Source: Trichosphaerium sp. ATCC 40318
Lineage: Eukaryota; Protista; Tubulinea
Direction: 5' to 3'
DNA length: 64,000 nucleotides
NCBI GenBank assembly: GCA_038496445.1
Contig: JALMLS010000564.1
Coordinates: 310,001-374,000, forward strand
The first letter of the stretch is position 1. Every line of letters begins with the position of its first letter. Below, one piece after another: positions 23,456 through 35,974 of this stretch. The notes below the pieces were generated by a model. It saw nothing but the letters and a program-made list of their open reading frames with translations, was not told the origin of the DNA and searched no databases. A program made the translations under genes and the position numbers.

Positions 23456-24034
23456 TTAAATCAATCCCATATGTGCCAAACAAGGTAATTTTTCTGTGAT
23501 GGCAGTCCGCTGTTTAATCTCTTTAATAGGAGGTAAATCCAAGGAGTCTGATCTTTTAACTAGTTGTGATAACCGTACTATAGAAGGTTGCGAAGTACGT
23601 TTTGTATAACTCTTTTGTATTCTACGTTTTTCTTTCCGAAGTGGAGGAAGACGTTGTTGTAGTATTCTAGACCGTAAAGCCTCATACTTAACCTTCTCCG
23701 GTCTATTGACTACCCCCAAGCACTCTAAATCTGAAGTACTTGGCTTTGTTTCAAACGGATCCAGTTTTTCTTTTTTCATACGAACCGTCATCATGTGTTC
23801 TAAGTGTGGCTGTTTAAATGCAGATAACCGTCTCATACGCTTTGTCTTATAGAATTCAACTGTGCTCGTGCTTTGTAAGAGTCTATTGGTGCATTTTTTT
23901 TGTTCAACTCCTTGTAGCTTCCTCTTTTTGGCGATTGGTTGTTTTATGCAAAGCAGTGATGTGTAGTAAGGTGTCTGACTACTTGAACATAGATTTAAAC
24001 CTCTTTTACGTTTTTCTTGCTTAAAAATCATCAT
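23456..24034 (-). CDS. Basic hypothetical protein, intronless coding region
   Basis: Long open frame, with the first ATG at 24034. K/R-rich, no family recognised. Confidence 0.6.
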   Translation of the reverse strand: MMIFKQEKRKRGLNLCSSSQTPYYTSLLCIKQPIAKKRKLQGVEQKKCTNRLLQSTSTVEFYKTKRMRRLSAFKQPHLEHMMTVRMKKEKLDPFETKPSTSDLECLGVVNRPEKVKYEALRSRILQQRLPPLRKEKRRIQKSYTKRTSQPSIVRLSQLVKRSDSLDLPPIKEIKQRTAITEKLPCLAHMGLI

Positions 24035-24930
24035 TGTTTGGTTTACTGTTGGGTGTTGTTTGTTTTTTTGTTTGAAACGAATCTCGTGAGAGGCTCGCTT
24101 TGTGACCTTCTTAAAATTTTGCAAAGGCCAACCCTCGCAACGGCGCACACAAAAAAATAGAAACTACAATTTTAGAAGTACTTGAAGTGAACAACGGAAG
24201 TACCGATTGAACCAATAAATTAACGGATGGTTACGCAGACTGTTGTTAGTTTTAATGCGTAGACGACATAAGAGAGCGGCGACGGTTTGATAAGCGGAAC
24301 TTCCTACGAATATTAACCTTGGATTTACACGCTTCCGAAGTGTGTACAAGTGGAAACAACATTAAATACTCGCTACACGCCAGGCTTAGCGTTTTCGTAG
24401 TCTTGGAAAATGTGTATGCAATTTTAGTATACTTCTTCCATTGCTAAGCTTGGGCGCTAATTAATATGGACGATCAAGACGAAGTATTCAGATTATGGCG
24501 AGATTAAGGTACTCTCCTGAAGCGTAAGTCAATATCCTAAATTATAACGGGCCAAGGTACGCCCGAAACCTTTAGTTTACTTGTTTAGCGTTGTTTGTAT
24601 TGAGTGTTGTTGTTCGCGTAGTACTTGATCATTTTTTCCGTCTGACACGAACACTTTATCGCTATAAAGGCGTAAATAGCCTGTTTACGCGTAGATATTT
24701 ACCGTATGCGTAATTAGGAATGGAGGAAGACTTATCTCACAATTGTGAAGTTCTCTAGAGATTATTAAGAACTATGCTTTGCCCTTTTTAAAAAAGATCC
24801 GTAGATATCGATAAGACAAAAACTATTTATACTTTTTATGTGACAAAGAACAAATCTTATCATAGTACTAGGTCTGTCTATCAATAATTCTAAAAACTGT
24901 TCCTTTCTTGGATACTCTTAACCCATATGA

Positions 24931-26861
24931 TCACCCATACATAACCAAATGTCTAAAAAACGTAGTACGATAAAAGATTTTGGAAGAAGACGCTTTATCT
25001 TTTTTTAATGTTATCAGAAAATTTTTTTGTACATTTTTTTTTTCTCGCTTTCTTTTTCTTTACGCTTTATTCAATCGTTCTTCTAAGGTTCTTTTATACT
25101 CTTCCAATGCCTCAATATCAAAACTTGAATCATGAAGTAAGTCCTTTAATGTATTGCTATTCATTTGTAGTCCTAATCTCCCATGCATATTATTACCTTT
25201 GTATAGTCCAAGTAGGGATTGTGCTTTAATATACCGAACAGGGTTAGGATAAATAAAAATTTCATCATGGAAAGTCATAAAAACGAGGCAAATTTTTGTC
25301 TCTCCATTGATTGTGTAAGGCCCTAAATGTAAGCGTTTAGTTATAATGTCAAGTGCGTGTATACATTTTACTAGGTACCTGCTGTGAAGGCTTGAACTCG
25401 GTGAGGAAACTGAAAACTCACAACATTTTGTTCGCTGTCAATTATATATGTCATGCCACCCCACGAAGTAACAATAATTTCGTCTTGCCCATCACCTTAT
25501 TGTAACGTATTAATAAACGTACATCTACCAAATTTACAAAACCAAGTTACCTGTTAAATCAATAGACTGAAGACAGAATATTTGATCTTCTAAATCCATA
25601 CTCCATAGATGAGCTCCAGCTTTCTCCATTCTTAGTTTCCCATCTAATGACGCAGTAGCCATAGATTGTAGACCATCATCATCAATCACTTTATTTCCTA
25701 GTTACAAAACATGTAAGAACTAAGAGGTAAAAAAAAAGGGTTCACGTGTACCGGATAAAAATACAATTTCGTCATGTAACGGTTCAGAGTCATCTATAAA
25801 GCTATCCCTTGCACGCTTTTGAAAATGTGGAGCGAAAGGCTTTACTGATAATTTTCTACCATCTATTTCAATATACTTTCCTCTAACACCTTGACTTGCA
25901 ATCACGAGAGGTCGACCCCTATCTGTGATAGAAAAAGAAGTGACCTAAATTAATTAACAACATTTTGAAGACCAAAAAAAACTCAAGAGGGTCGATCATT
26001 TACTTGGCCTGTGATGCCCCACCGAAATACTTCATGAAATGAGTATGCACCCAGTGAGTCTTTAACAGCTTGATACCTGTACGATAAGTGAAACGCAAAG
26101 TAAATTGAAAATATTTTGTTTGGCACATACGCGACTATGCTTCGTATGTTGCTTCCTAATAGCATGGTTTGTCTACCAGAAGAATCTAGTAATCATAAGA
26201 ATATACTTTCTTAAAGGCTGTCACATACCCCAATCAGCAATTAATACGCACGATACGTTACTAATGACGTAGCTGTCAAATGAAGGTGAAAGTGTCAATG
26301 ACTTTGTTTCCTTTCAGTAGTTAGTAAAGATGTACCTATAGTTTTTTGCGCTGTACCTGCGTTATTGGTGGTATGTCGAAAACAGAACAACGACCTTCAC
26401 TAGAAATGACAATTACAGAATTTTTACCTGAGCTCTGTAAACCGATAGTAGTGATTATCTCACTATCGTACCAAGCCCAAGGACATCACCAATAGCAATG
26501 CAACTAACCTAAGCGTATTTAGCTAGAAGTACATTATAAAGTCGTTTACCGCGCCTAAACCTTCTGCTCGACATGCGGGATCAGTTTCTGGTATGTGTGA
26601 GGCGAAGATAAAAGCATAAGTTACTATTACCTCCTTTCCAAACGGCAATATCACCTTTAACGTTACCAACCACTATTTCGTTGTACTATAACGTTTTAGC
26701 GCAAAATGTCAAAAAAATGTACTACAAACCCCGTCGTTGTCCACATCACCAAGAACCAACGCGGATTGAGTGACTGCCGCTGGTTCGTTTGTTTTAAACT
26801 CTGCTACGGTGTGCTCTGTTGGATTAATAGCACGCCGTGACGCGCAATCAGTCGCATACAT
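24931..26861 (-). CDS. ITFG2: KICSTOR subunit ITFG2-like FG-GAP beta-propeller protein, multi-exon
   Basis: 'ALVLGDVDNDG|YNEIVVGNVKGDIAVWKG', 'CIAIGDV', 'VVITSWGGMTYI', 'F..G|PY...CLVFMTF..EIFIY'. Confidence 0.8.
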
Positions 26862-27057
26862 AATGGTTGCAAAACAGTTGATACAAACAACGTTTAAAAA
26901 ATTGAAATGTTTTACAGTTTTATTGCATTCACAAATAAAATAACCGTAAAAACGCTTCTAGTGGCTCAGTGCGTAGAGATAAATGTCGTAATGTATTCTT
27001 AGGCATCTTGCTTGTCTGTACAAAAATATTTACATGAGGTCTTCGGTTATGAATCAA

Positions 27058-27605
27058 TTACTTTGCTGCGAACGATATACCGCAACCACATCCACTTCCC
27101 TCAGCGTTTGGATTGTCTACAATTTCAAAAAGTTGTCTTGACAGTTCTTCATGCCAGTTGAGTGTAGCGCCGCGTAGTTTAGGTAAAGATAAATCGTCTG
27201 TAATGACTTTTACTCCTTGTTCTTCCATGACACTATTAAATTGTAAACAAGCACTGTAGAGATAGTACGTACATGTCATTATCTTGGATGGCATTATCCT
27301 CCAAAGAAAATGAAGTTTGAAACCCGTAACAACCACCGGAATCTACTGTTACACGCAAGTATGTGTTTGGTTTCTGTTCTGAAAGCTGGTACTCTTTAAT
27401 GCGCTGAAAACGAAGTATAAGCGTCAAAAAAAATATTTCATGCTATACGTACGCTAACAACACTTTGATTAATTATTACAGGATGTTTGGACTCAGCAGA
27501 TGCAGTTTGCGTACAAAATGTTCTTTTGCGGTTAAAGGACTGCCCACGCGCGTTTACAGGTCTACGAGCAACGATGATGCGTCGTAACATGCTTGTTGAA
27601 TTCAT
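27058..27605 (-). CDS. ISCA2: Mitochondrial Fe-S cluster assembly A-type protein ISCA2/Isa2
   Basis: Arg-rich presequence, 'LRVTVDSGGCYGFQ', 'NPNAEGSGCGCGISF'. Confidence 0.92.
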
Positions 27606-27879
27606 GAAGTTTAAAAAGATTTTAAGTTCGGTTCAGTCATTTACCAAAGTACCGAGATCTCTATCTTTGCGTTGAAGTAGTCCTTCGAGGGCCATGATAA
27701 ATATTCGCTACAACTGAAAGCAAACTTTACAAGATAGCACGTGCTTGGCGGTACAAAAAACTACAACTGATGCTACACTGCAATTATGAAGCACAGCAGT
27801 TGCACAAAAAAAACAAATCAATAATAAACTAAAGGTTGGTACAGATGGTCATCTTAATTTAGTACAAGTGCCGGCAAAA

Positions 27880-29031
27880 TTACAACAATTTAGGAAATTG
27901 TCTACCTGCGACGTGACCACCTCGCAAAGATTTGTTTACATTACGCTCGAACTCTGCCATATTGTTCACCATTAAATCAGCAGCTTCTAAAATATAATAT
28001 TAGACAAGAACAGAGCTTTAAAAAGAAATAACAATATAAACAAAAAAAAAAAGCAACTTGCCTTTGTTGAGTGGATCATCTGGGTTAGGTTCAAGGAAGA
28101 GAGTCATCAAACCGAAAATAACAGAACCAAGAGTAAGCACAGGCTTCCAATCAGCACGGAGAATATTCAAGCATACAGCACCTTTGAGATCAATATTTGG
28201 GTGATATATCTGAGGGCAATAAGTAAAACAAAGCGCAAATATAGTCACATCAAAACATTTATAAAAAGCGTTTTCAGTTTTTCTTGTTATCAAAAATACG
28301 TACCAAAGTATCACATACGGCCTTAGGAGGATCGTATGGGTAGCTGTTGGGAACGCTCAACGAAAAGGTAAAAGTAGCATTCCTACACACAAAACATTAT
28401 TATTATTGCCATTCATAGATTCGCTTCTATCGGAATGCGATAGTGTAGAGCCCTTATGCCGTACTAGCGTTTAAATAATGCACGTACTTGTACAAACCTT
28501 CCGTAGGTTTAATACTAACCTTGAAGTTCATGAGGTTATTAGGGTCTGGGAACTCTGTTTTAACACCTGGCGTCGCGTCAACGTCCAGTTCAGAAATGTC
28601 TATGATCAGCAGTTAGTAGTGATAGCGTAGTGTAAAACATTGTAGATTGCGCATAATAAACAGCGTGTTTCGCTCAAAAAAAAACTAGTGTTCAAGATCT
28701 TTGAAAGAGTCTTGCTAATATTTAACAGAAAAACACTCGGTGAAGCGATGAGCGAGTTTTCAGGTTCAGAAGTGACAGTACCTTTCTGTGTTCTTAATTC
28801 AGCAGCATTTTGCCTGCTACGCTTGCCGCGACCCTTTCGGTTTTTGCGTAGTGAAAATACGTTCTCCTTAGACTTCTTTTTTCTGACCTCTTGTAGTTCC
28901 TTTGAACTTTGGCGTGTTATTTTAAATTCTCCCTCGCCCTTCTTTTCGACATCTGCTGGCTTGCTAGCATCATTAGCCTTGTTGGCTTCAGCCGCTTGCT
29001 TTGCTTGTTGGAGTTTTTTGAGCTTCAGCAT
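27880..29031 (-). CDS. UBC12: NEDD8-conjugating E2 Ubc12, multi-exon
   Basis: 'AAELRTQK|DISEL', '[10 protein letters not shown]', '[24 protein letters not shown]', '[12 protein letters not shown]'. Confidence 0.93.
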
Positions 29032-29324
29032 TGCTGGTGACTTGTTTGAATGCTTTGAATTATATGAATAAACGCAAGCTGTAAAAAACGTCTTAAGTCA
29101 CGGCCCCCACGCCACAACCTTCATTTATTTTAATTTAAAACCACCTCCTTTTGAATTAACGTGGAGTTGGCTTGGTCGTCGTACAAAGAAACATCACTCG
29201 GAGGTTTTGATGCATTCTACGTGAAGCCTTCTGTTTGCACCTTTCTCTGGATCCTAAAGTGCAATTACAGTTGTTTTTTTGATTAAAGACTTCCAGCGGC
29301 TTTATTCGGTTTTGGAAGGCCGTT

Positions 29325-31879
29325 ATGTCCAGGTACTTTCACGCTAGCGCCCTTCGGTTTTTAGGTTTTTTTTTTTAATTGTTGTTGGCGATATTATTGC
29401 TGCTGCTCATTACGATTAATTAACACCCCACAGCACCTTGGGGGTTAAGAAACAAAGGATTTATGATTATCACACTTTGGAGACGAGGGTTACTAAAGCA
29501 ACGCGATCATCAAATGTATGTTTTTGTCGGTATTATCCAACCTTATGCGCACGAAAATCGAACAACTTCGTTAAAAAAATAAGCCTGTTGGTACTTATTT
29601 CCGTTCCAGGACACTGCCAAACCTTCAAACAACAGAGATAGCTATCACAGCAGGAAGGAGAAGAAAAGTACAAGCCTTTCTACAAACCAAAACGACTTCT
29701 TTTTGGTGTACACTTTGTTTATAAAATCTCATTTTAGGTCACAAGCGACACAAATCCACAGACTCAAAGAAGAAACGGAAAGGTATAATCTTTTCCCCAT
29801 TCAAGAAGTCTACCAGTCGCGAATTTGTTTCACCCAATCGCATAGGCACGTTTACATTTTAAAACTTGATTTCCGCAATCTAACATCCATGTAAAGAACG
29901 TAGATCTATAGCTGATCCAACACAAAAAAAGAAAACGCCTAAAAAGCGCAAAGATAAGAAACAAGGTAAAAACGAATACAACGCTTGAAAAAGAAAAAGA
30001 TTGTTTTCAATTAACTCTTTTCTGTTTCTAGCGAAAAAAGAGAGTAGGAGTCACGATGGTCGTTATGATGATAGGAACAGGTCTTGGCATAAACAAGGCA
30101 GCTATATTCCTCATGCAAGCGCCAAAAATAAGGTTTGGAATGAATTCGATTTTTTTCATGATTTTTACATAAAACGCAAGAATCAATACAAAAACTCATG
30201 AAAATGTTAGAACCACTCAGCTGGTGGATCACCGCATATACTACAACAGAATCGTAATGATTCAAGGAAGCAAGGCGCTTGGGAGCACACAGATGTTGCA
30301 GCGTGGCATAAAACGTTTTCACGCACGCTGCAAGCACATGAAAGCTCAAGAGCTGCGGCTTCGCCACCTACAAGGGTTCGTTTAATACATGTAGTTACTT
30401 TCAATAGCTAATCGTTCGTTTTTATTGTAGGTGCCTATCACAATTCAACAAATAACCAAAGAGCGCTCGTTTGAAGGAGAATTATTTGAGTTTGTAGAAT
30501 CTCTAGATAACTGGAGAGAAGTAGGGCAATCAGTTGTACAATTAGCAGCTGAGGGTGGGGTAAGTACAGAATTTACTTTTACAATCAAGTTTTATTGTAA
30601 TGTGAACATAACTTTTTGTAGGAGAATACGTTACGCGTTTACAGGTATGTAGACGACTCATCGGATGATCTGTTACTTTTTTCCGAAACAAGCGTTGAAT
30701 TAGCGGCTGGTTTCGTCTTAGGTAAGCTTTTTCTTTCTCTTTTTTTTTGTTTCCATTTTTTTTTCTAATACTGTTATTAGACGAAGACCAAAAGGATTCA
30801 TTTGCTTGGTATGATAAAGCGCAACAAATATATGTAAATTTTTTGTTTTATAACTCAAAGGATTTTGAGTTTGTATGGTACGACTTTGACACTTTTGGAC
30901 GCATTAAACCCAAATTATTCCACCAACATTTATTACTAGGTCTGAATTGTCACGTATTCTACAATTTGCACAAAAAACAAACAACAAAAAAACAAAAGAT
31001 CGTAATAGTTATCCAGTACTAGATTCACCAGATAGACGGCTGTCTTTTGATGCTTCATCAAATAATAGTAATACAGCACAACACACTAGTGTTAGTCTAC
31101 CTGGTACACAAATTATTACAAGGCGTCAGAAAGACAACAAAAGAAGTCAGAAGCAAGGCAAAAACAACAAGAATGCACAACATGGTACTGATGCGGGTTT
31201 ACCGTCTATTGGCGAAGAGGGAGTAAGTACCTTGAGTGCTCCAAGTGATCAAGAAGAACCGTTTTTTACTCCATTTGCGGATGACGCAAGTAGTTCACAG
31301 ACTACATCAGGAGATTCTAAAAAAACAAGCGAGTACTCATCAAACGCGTACAAAGTACAACAACAGGTATCTGATGCTTCACGTACGTCTACGAGATCAT
31401 CAGCAGATCATACCCTTTATAATGAGCTTGGTTCATCGAGTTCAATGCAAAGTACTGGTTCACAGTCCCAGAGCATAGGTGGATACCCCTCACAACTCAG
31501 GCCTGTTCCTGAGAGTGAGCCTTTATTCGATTTAAACAAGTTTGGGATTACGAGAGCTACTTGGGATGATCAAGTTCAGAGCTATGCAGACTCTGGTATA
31601 CCTGTAGCGCCTTTTAGTGCTCTACAATCTAGTGATCCTCAAACATTTGTTATATTCTTAAACGCGATCGAAACAAAGTTAAAAGCAAGCCGAGAGGAGC
31701 AAGCAAGGCAAAAACTTGAACTACAAAAACAAACAAATAGCATGGACATGCTATGCAAGTATATTATGAGGGTTACTCGCTTAGAGTCCGAAAACAAGGA
31801 CTTAAAGTCTCAGTTGAAGCTCGCTAATGAGAAGTGTATGCGCTATGAAGACATGGTGACAAAGCTTGGTGAGTTGTAA
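29325..31879 (+). CDS. Hypothetical protein with Ser-rich region and C-terminal coiled coil, multi-exon (5' structure uncertain)
   Basis: Series of GT-AG-bounded exons ending in a ~310-codon open frame. No family recognised. Confidence 0.6.
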
Positions 31880-31968
31880 TTATTCTTGGGTGTTTTTTTT
31901 TATTGTAAACAGCTGTACCATACCATTAAAAAAATAAAGTAGAAAAAAACGATTTAGGAAACCTTTTG

Positions 31969-32700
31969 TTTATTTGATGGGCACTTGGTTGTTTTACAAA
32001 CGGTTTGACACGTAATGTGACAAGTGCCGCGCTGCAGTTGCGCCTTTGGTATGGGTGTTACAGGGTGTCATTCGGTGTAACTGAGGAAAAGGTCGTTCCA
32101 TTTTAATTGTGAGCTCCAAGGGAGTCCGAGGTGGCACTTGAACGATCAACGCAAAGAGCACTTACTCTACGCGTTTGCTGCTTATTAAGTGCTGCTCCTT
32201 GGAGCTCACAACCAACATAGAACTGCGCTTTCCTCCTTTGATAGCGGCGGCAAATCACCAATTGCAACTGCGAAAAGCCCAAGTAAAAAAACGGGAATAA
32301 CGAAATCGAATCGATCGTTTTCACGGCCACGTCGTTGTCACTAAGCAAGAGCTGTTAGGGTTGCGATTGTAACGATGATTGGTTGTTGCTGTGTCTGAAA
32401 GACTCAATTGACGTCAATAGCGCAAAGGAGTGCGTTGGACAAGCATACAGGTTTAATATTGCAAATAGTCTTGTGCTGCGGGCGCTCAAAGGCACTTCGA
32501 AGCGATAAAAGGGCAAGTGCTCATTGAGAAAAACGAAAGGGAAACGTACTTTGTTGATGACACCACAATGGCAATGACAAATTCAAGATTAGTCAGGCGA
32601 GTAATAAACTGCCAGCAGTAAAAAAAAATTTACAGCAAACTCTGTCAAAGCTATAAGATTGCCTTTCGAAATTGTGATATACAAACGACAATAGTTTTTT
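31969..32700 (-). ncRNA. ORF-less structured RNA locus (candidate telomerase RNA or novel lncRNA)
   Basis: Upstream CACGTG (~32714), downstream AATAAA (31969-31974), two intron-like GT-AG segments and no ATG-started ORF of note. It has a perfect 15-bp stem (32107-32121/32197-32211), further stems, and AACCCTAAC at 32354-32362. Confidence 0.5.
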
Positions 32701-32925
32701 TATGAAAAAAACCCACGTGACTTTGAAGCTAAACCACTTTTTACGTTACACTTCAACTTACCATATTGTTACGTTGCACATGTTGTTCGTGTTCAGATTT
32801 GTTTTAACTTTGGATTTGCCTTGCACGGTAGGCCAACAGCTTGTCATTTTGGCTAGAAAGCAGGTTTAACATAAAGATGTGATGTAGTTAGTAACTCAAA
32901 CGTTAACATACTCCTTGTTTTATTA

Positions 32926-33506
32926 CTATTGCTCTAGTACTTTATTGTAGTTTGACTGTGTATAAAAGACAACTCCTACAGCATGTATTAATGCATTTTT
33001 GTTGTCAAGGTGCACGCTATTAGCTATTTGAACAAAGTCATTGTATTCATAGAGCTTGTTTGCTGATATAAATCTCCCTGTCTTGTTATTTATCTCAGTC
33101 ATGACATCTCTCATGTGTATGGTACCAAAAGATCTCCTAAGGTCAAACACCTTGTAGTCTAGACGTGTAAACGGCCTGAAGGTTTCACAACCCCAAAACA
33201 CGGTTGCCGTAGCATAATATTCAGGACCATCTACATAAGCACTATCACTAGTTATAGCGAGTGCAACGTCTTGTAAACAACGAATACGTTCATTGTTTAC
33301 GTATTCTATTGCTTGTAGTACTACGTTGTCCACAGTTTCAGCATAACCACAATCCTTCCAATAGCAGCTATACTTGTGAGTGTTAGTTTCAATACAATGT
33401 GGGCCTATAGGCGTACGTAGAACTGTCTTTGTTGCGCTGGATAAGCAGTTGCAGTTAGCAATACTAGGAATGTAACCAATACGCATTCCCTAGCGTAGTG
33501 AAACAT
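32926..33506 (-). CDS. Secreted hypothetical protein (1 intron)
   Basis: Signal-peptide-like MFHYARECVLVTFLVLLTATA. A GTACG..AAG intron joins it in frame to YSCYWKDCG...VLEQ*. Confidence 0.65.
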
Positions 33507-33955
33507 GTTACTACACAATTGAAAAATGTCAAGAACTTTCTGCAAATAGTTGTGGTACACAATCGCAGCTTTGCTTTTTCTGTAATGTGCAGTTAACGTG
33601 ATATCGTGCCTCCGCAAATAGTACAAAAACAATGTGTATTTCTGCAAATAGTACAATGTAAAGTGCTTACTACGGATATATTGATTGACTAGCTTATGTA
33701 TGGTATTGGTTTGCTTCTGTTTACTGCCTGTTGCATTTCAGATTCTATACGCAGGAGAACACATGATCAAATTATACATGTTTTTAGTCTGGAGAAGGTT
33801 TTCGTTCTCTGACCAGTGTTCTTCAGCGCCTCTATACTAAATAGCCTACGCTGCCTCTTGTTTTTCAAAAAACTTCCATTTTCAGAAAACTAGAAACATT
33901 GAACTTAAGCAAAAAACTCACAACTTGAAACAAGGATATTGAATCACCTCATAGG

Positions 33956-35974
33956 ATGCGAATCGCATTGGTGTGCCTATTTTTTACCTGGGCTATTCAA
34001 ATAGCGCTGGTACATTGTCAGCGATTTGTCCGTGCTCCAGAATTCATTGTAGAAGACGTACCTCGCGTGAGAGGTACAATCAGTATAATATCATCTAAAT
34101 AAACCCTATAAGGTGACTCAATGTTCGGAGACAACCACAAAGCCACGCAATTTATTAAAAGCGGCGTTGTAGACTTAGAAAAGGGTATGTAATCAATGTC
34201 TAAATTAAAAAAGAACCTTGTCTTTTGATTTCTAATCTGCGCTGAAAGGAACCATTACACTTCCTTTGCATCTCGGACGCATGAAAAAGAAACGTGAGTA
34301 CGTATGGTACATACTCACTGAAGCAAACGACAAAGGTAACCAGAGAATTGCTTAAAGTAGAAAAAAACCGTTTCTTCACACGTGATATAGGCGCTGCTCA
34401 ATTACTTGGCATAAACCACTCAGTACGACTATCATACGCTGATGTTTCTAAAGGTGGGTATATAAAATCACGTTTCGTTGGATTTATAACTATACAAGGC
34501 GCCCGAAGAGCTTTTGTTAATAAACTAGGCGAGCTGATTTTTCAGTTTGGTTATGTTGATTTTTCACCAAAACATGAAGTCGTGGAAGGAAATGATAAAG
34601 TGTTTCCACCTAAAAAAGCAAAACCAGGTTCTATTGGTAAAAATGAGTACTCTCCTGTTGTGATTGTTTCCACCGGAGGTGCGTACAAAACGCAAATATG
34701 TAGTACCAAATTATTGGCTTTTTTTTTTGCGCCAATTCCACTTGATCAAAAAAAAAAAAAGGCAATAATTTGGTACCTACAGCGTTTGACTATTTCAATG
34801 TATCTGAAGCTCAATCGTTTGGAGGAAACAAAATTTATAACGCACCAATGATTGCATTCAATGTATCAGTTTCAGATCTCGTTTTTGAAGATGGAAAGAT
34901 TGACTACGAGTAAGATTGTGTTAACTTTGCTTAACCTTTTTTGTTTTTTCACAGAGGCCACGTGATTAAAAGTTTAAATTGTTAACGTATTGCGCTAAAC
35001 CTTTGTATAGTATTGTACATGATAGAGTAGTTGCAATTGATCCATATAAACGCACTGTGACATTGAAGTTGTCCCTTGGATTTGTTGATTCAGAGTATGT
35101 TAATTGCTTCTTGTCTATCACGATATTTTTTTGTTAAACTTATTTTTAAGGCCAGTTTATTATTTCAGTATGGATGCATCTGATCCTGGTATAGCTGCTC
35201 TAGAATCTGCAACACATGCACATGGATTGACAGAAATACCTGTTGGTAGAGAATTCCTTACTTTCAGGTATGAGTTTGCGTATCTCATGAGTATCTTGGA
35301 CTAATTCTGATGTCCAGTGCTACCACACCTTCTGTGCATTTCACCAATGGCCACGATAGCTTAGAGTCTCCTCACAGGTAACTTTTAAATAGATTTTAAT
35401 CGGCCCAACCTCCTCTTAGGCAGGGATACAACAGCGCTTTACGACAACAAGCTCGCATTCATAAAAAAGGTAGTAGCGAATCTTGTCCAAAGGGTGGTCA
35501 TTGCAGGTACAAGAAAGTGTCTTTCTGTTGAAATATTAACACCAAAAAAGTGTACTAAAAGATACCAATCCGATGCCAGTTTTCACGTCAATGCCGTGGA
35601 AGAGTATTTCGTATTCCCCTTTATCTGATGTATATCTTGCGGAGTGGACTGGTACTAACCTTTTTTTTTTTGAGCCTGCTTTGAAAATGAAGTTTTTTAA
35701 AGGACTTTCATTTTGAAGTACTCCTCTTTGTGCTTATTCTTTTACGTAGGAGAAGCCGTCAAGAAAGGTCACCGCGCTCGTTTATTGGCGTATTCAACTA
35801 TAGAAAATTTTGTGGAGCAAGGGTGCGTCGAATTTTATCAAAAAAAGAAAATTACTAGTTGAGCAAACAGTGACATTGTTTTTTTTTTTCAGATTATTGA
35901 CTGGCCCTCTTGGCGGTGACTTTGGCTCTGGAAAGATAATATTAAATTCACCAATCGCGTACTCATTCGGTTGA
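33956..35974 (+). CDS. Secreted protein resembling an uncharacterised bacterial family, multi-exon
   Basis: Signal peptide, then 'GTITLPLH.G', 'LGINHS.RLSYA', 'GYVDFSP', 'FPPK.AKPGSIG..EYSP', 'HDRVVAIDP', 'YFSMDAS..IAALE.ATHA', 'PLSDVYLAEWT', 'G.IILNSPI'. The resemblance is recalled, not searched. Confidence 0.7.

Noticed and set aside
32020-32240. RNase P/MRP RNA (GAGGAAAG motif on the minus strand)
   Set aside because: It lacks the GUC bulged-U P4 pattern and a recognisable CR-V partner.
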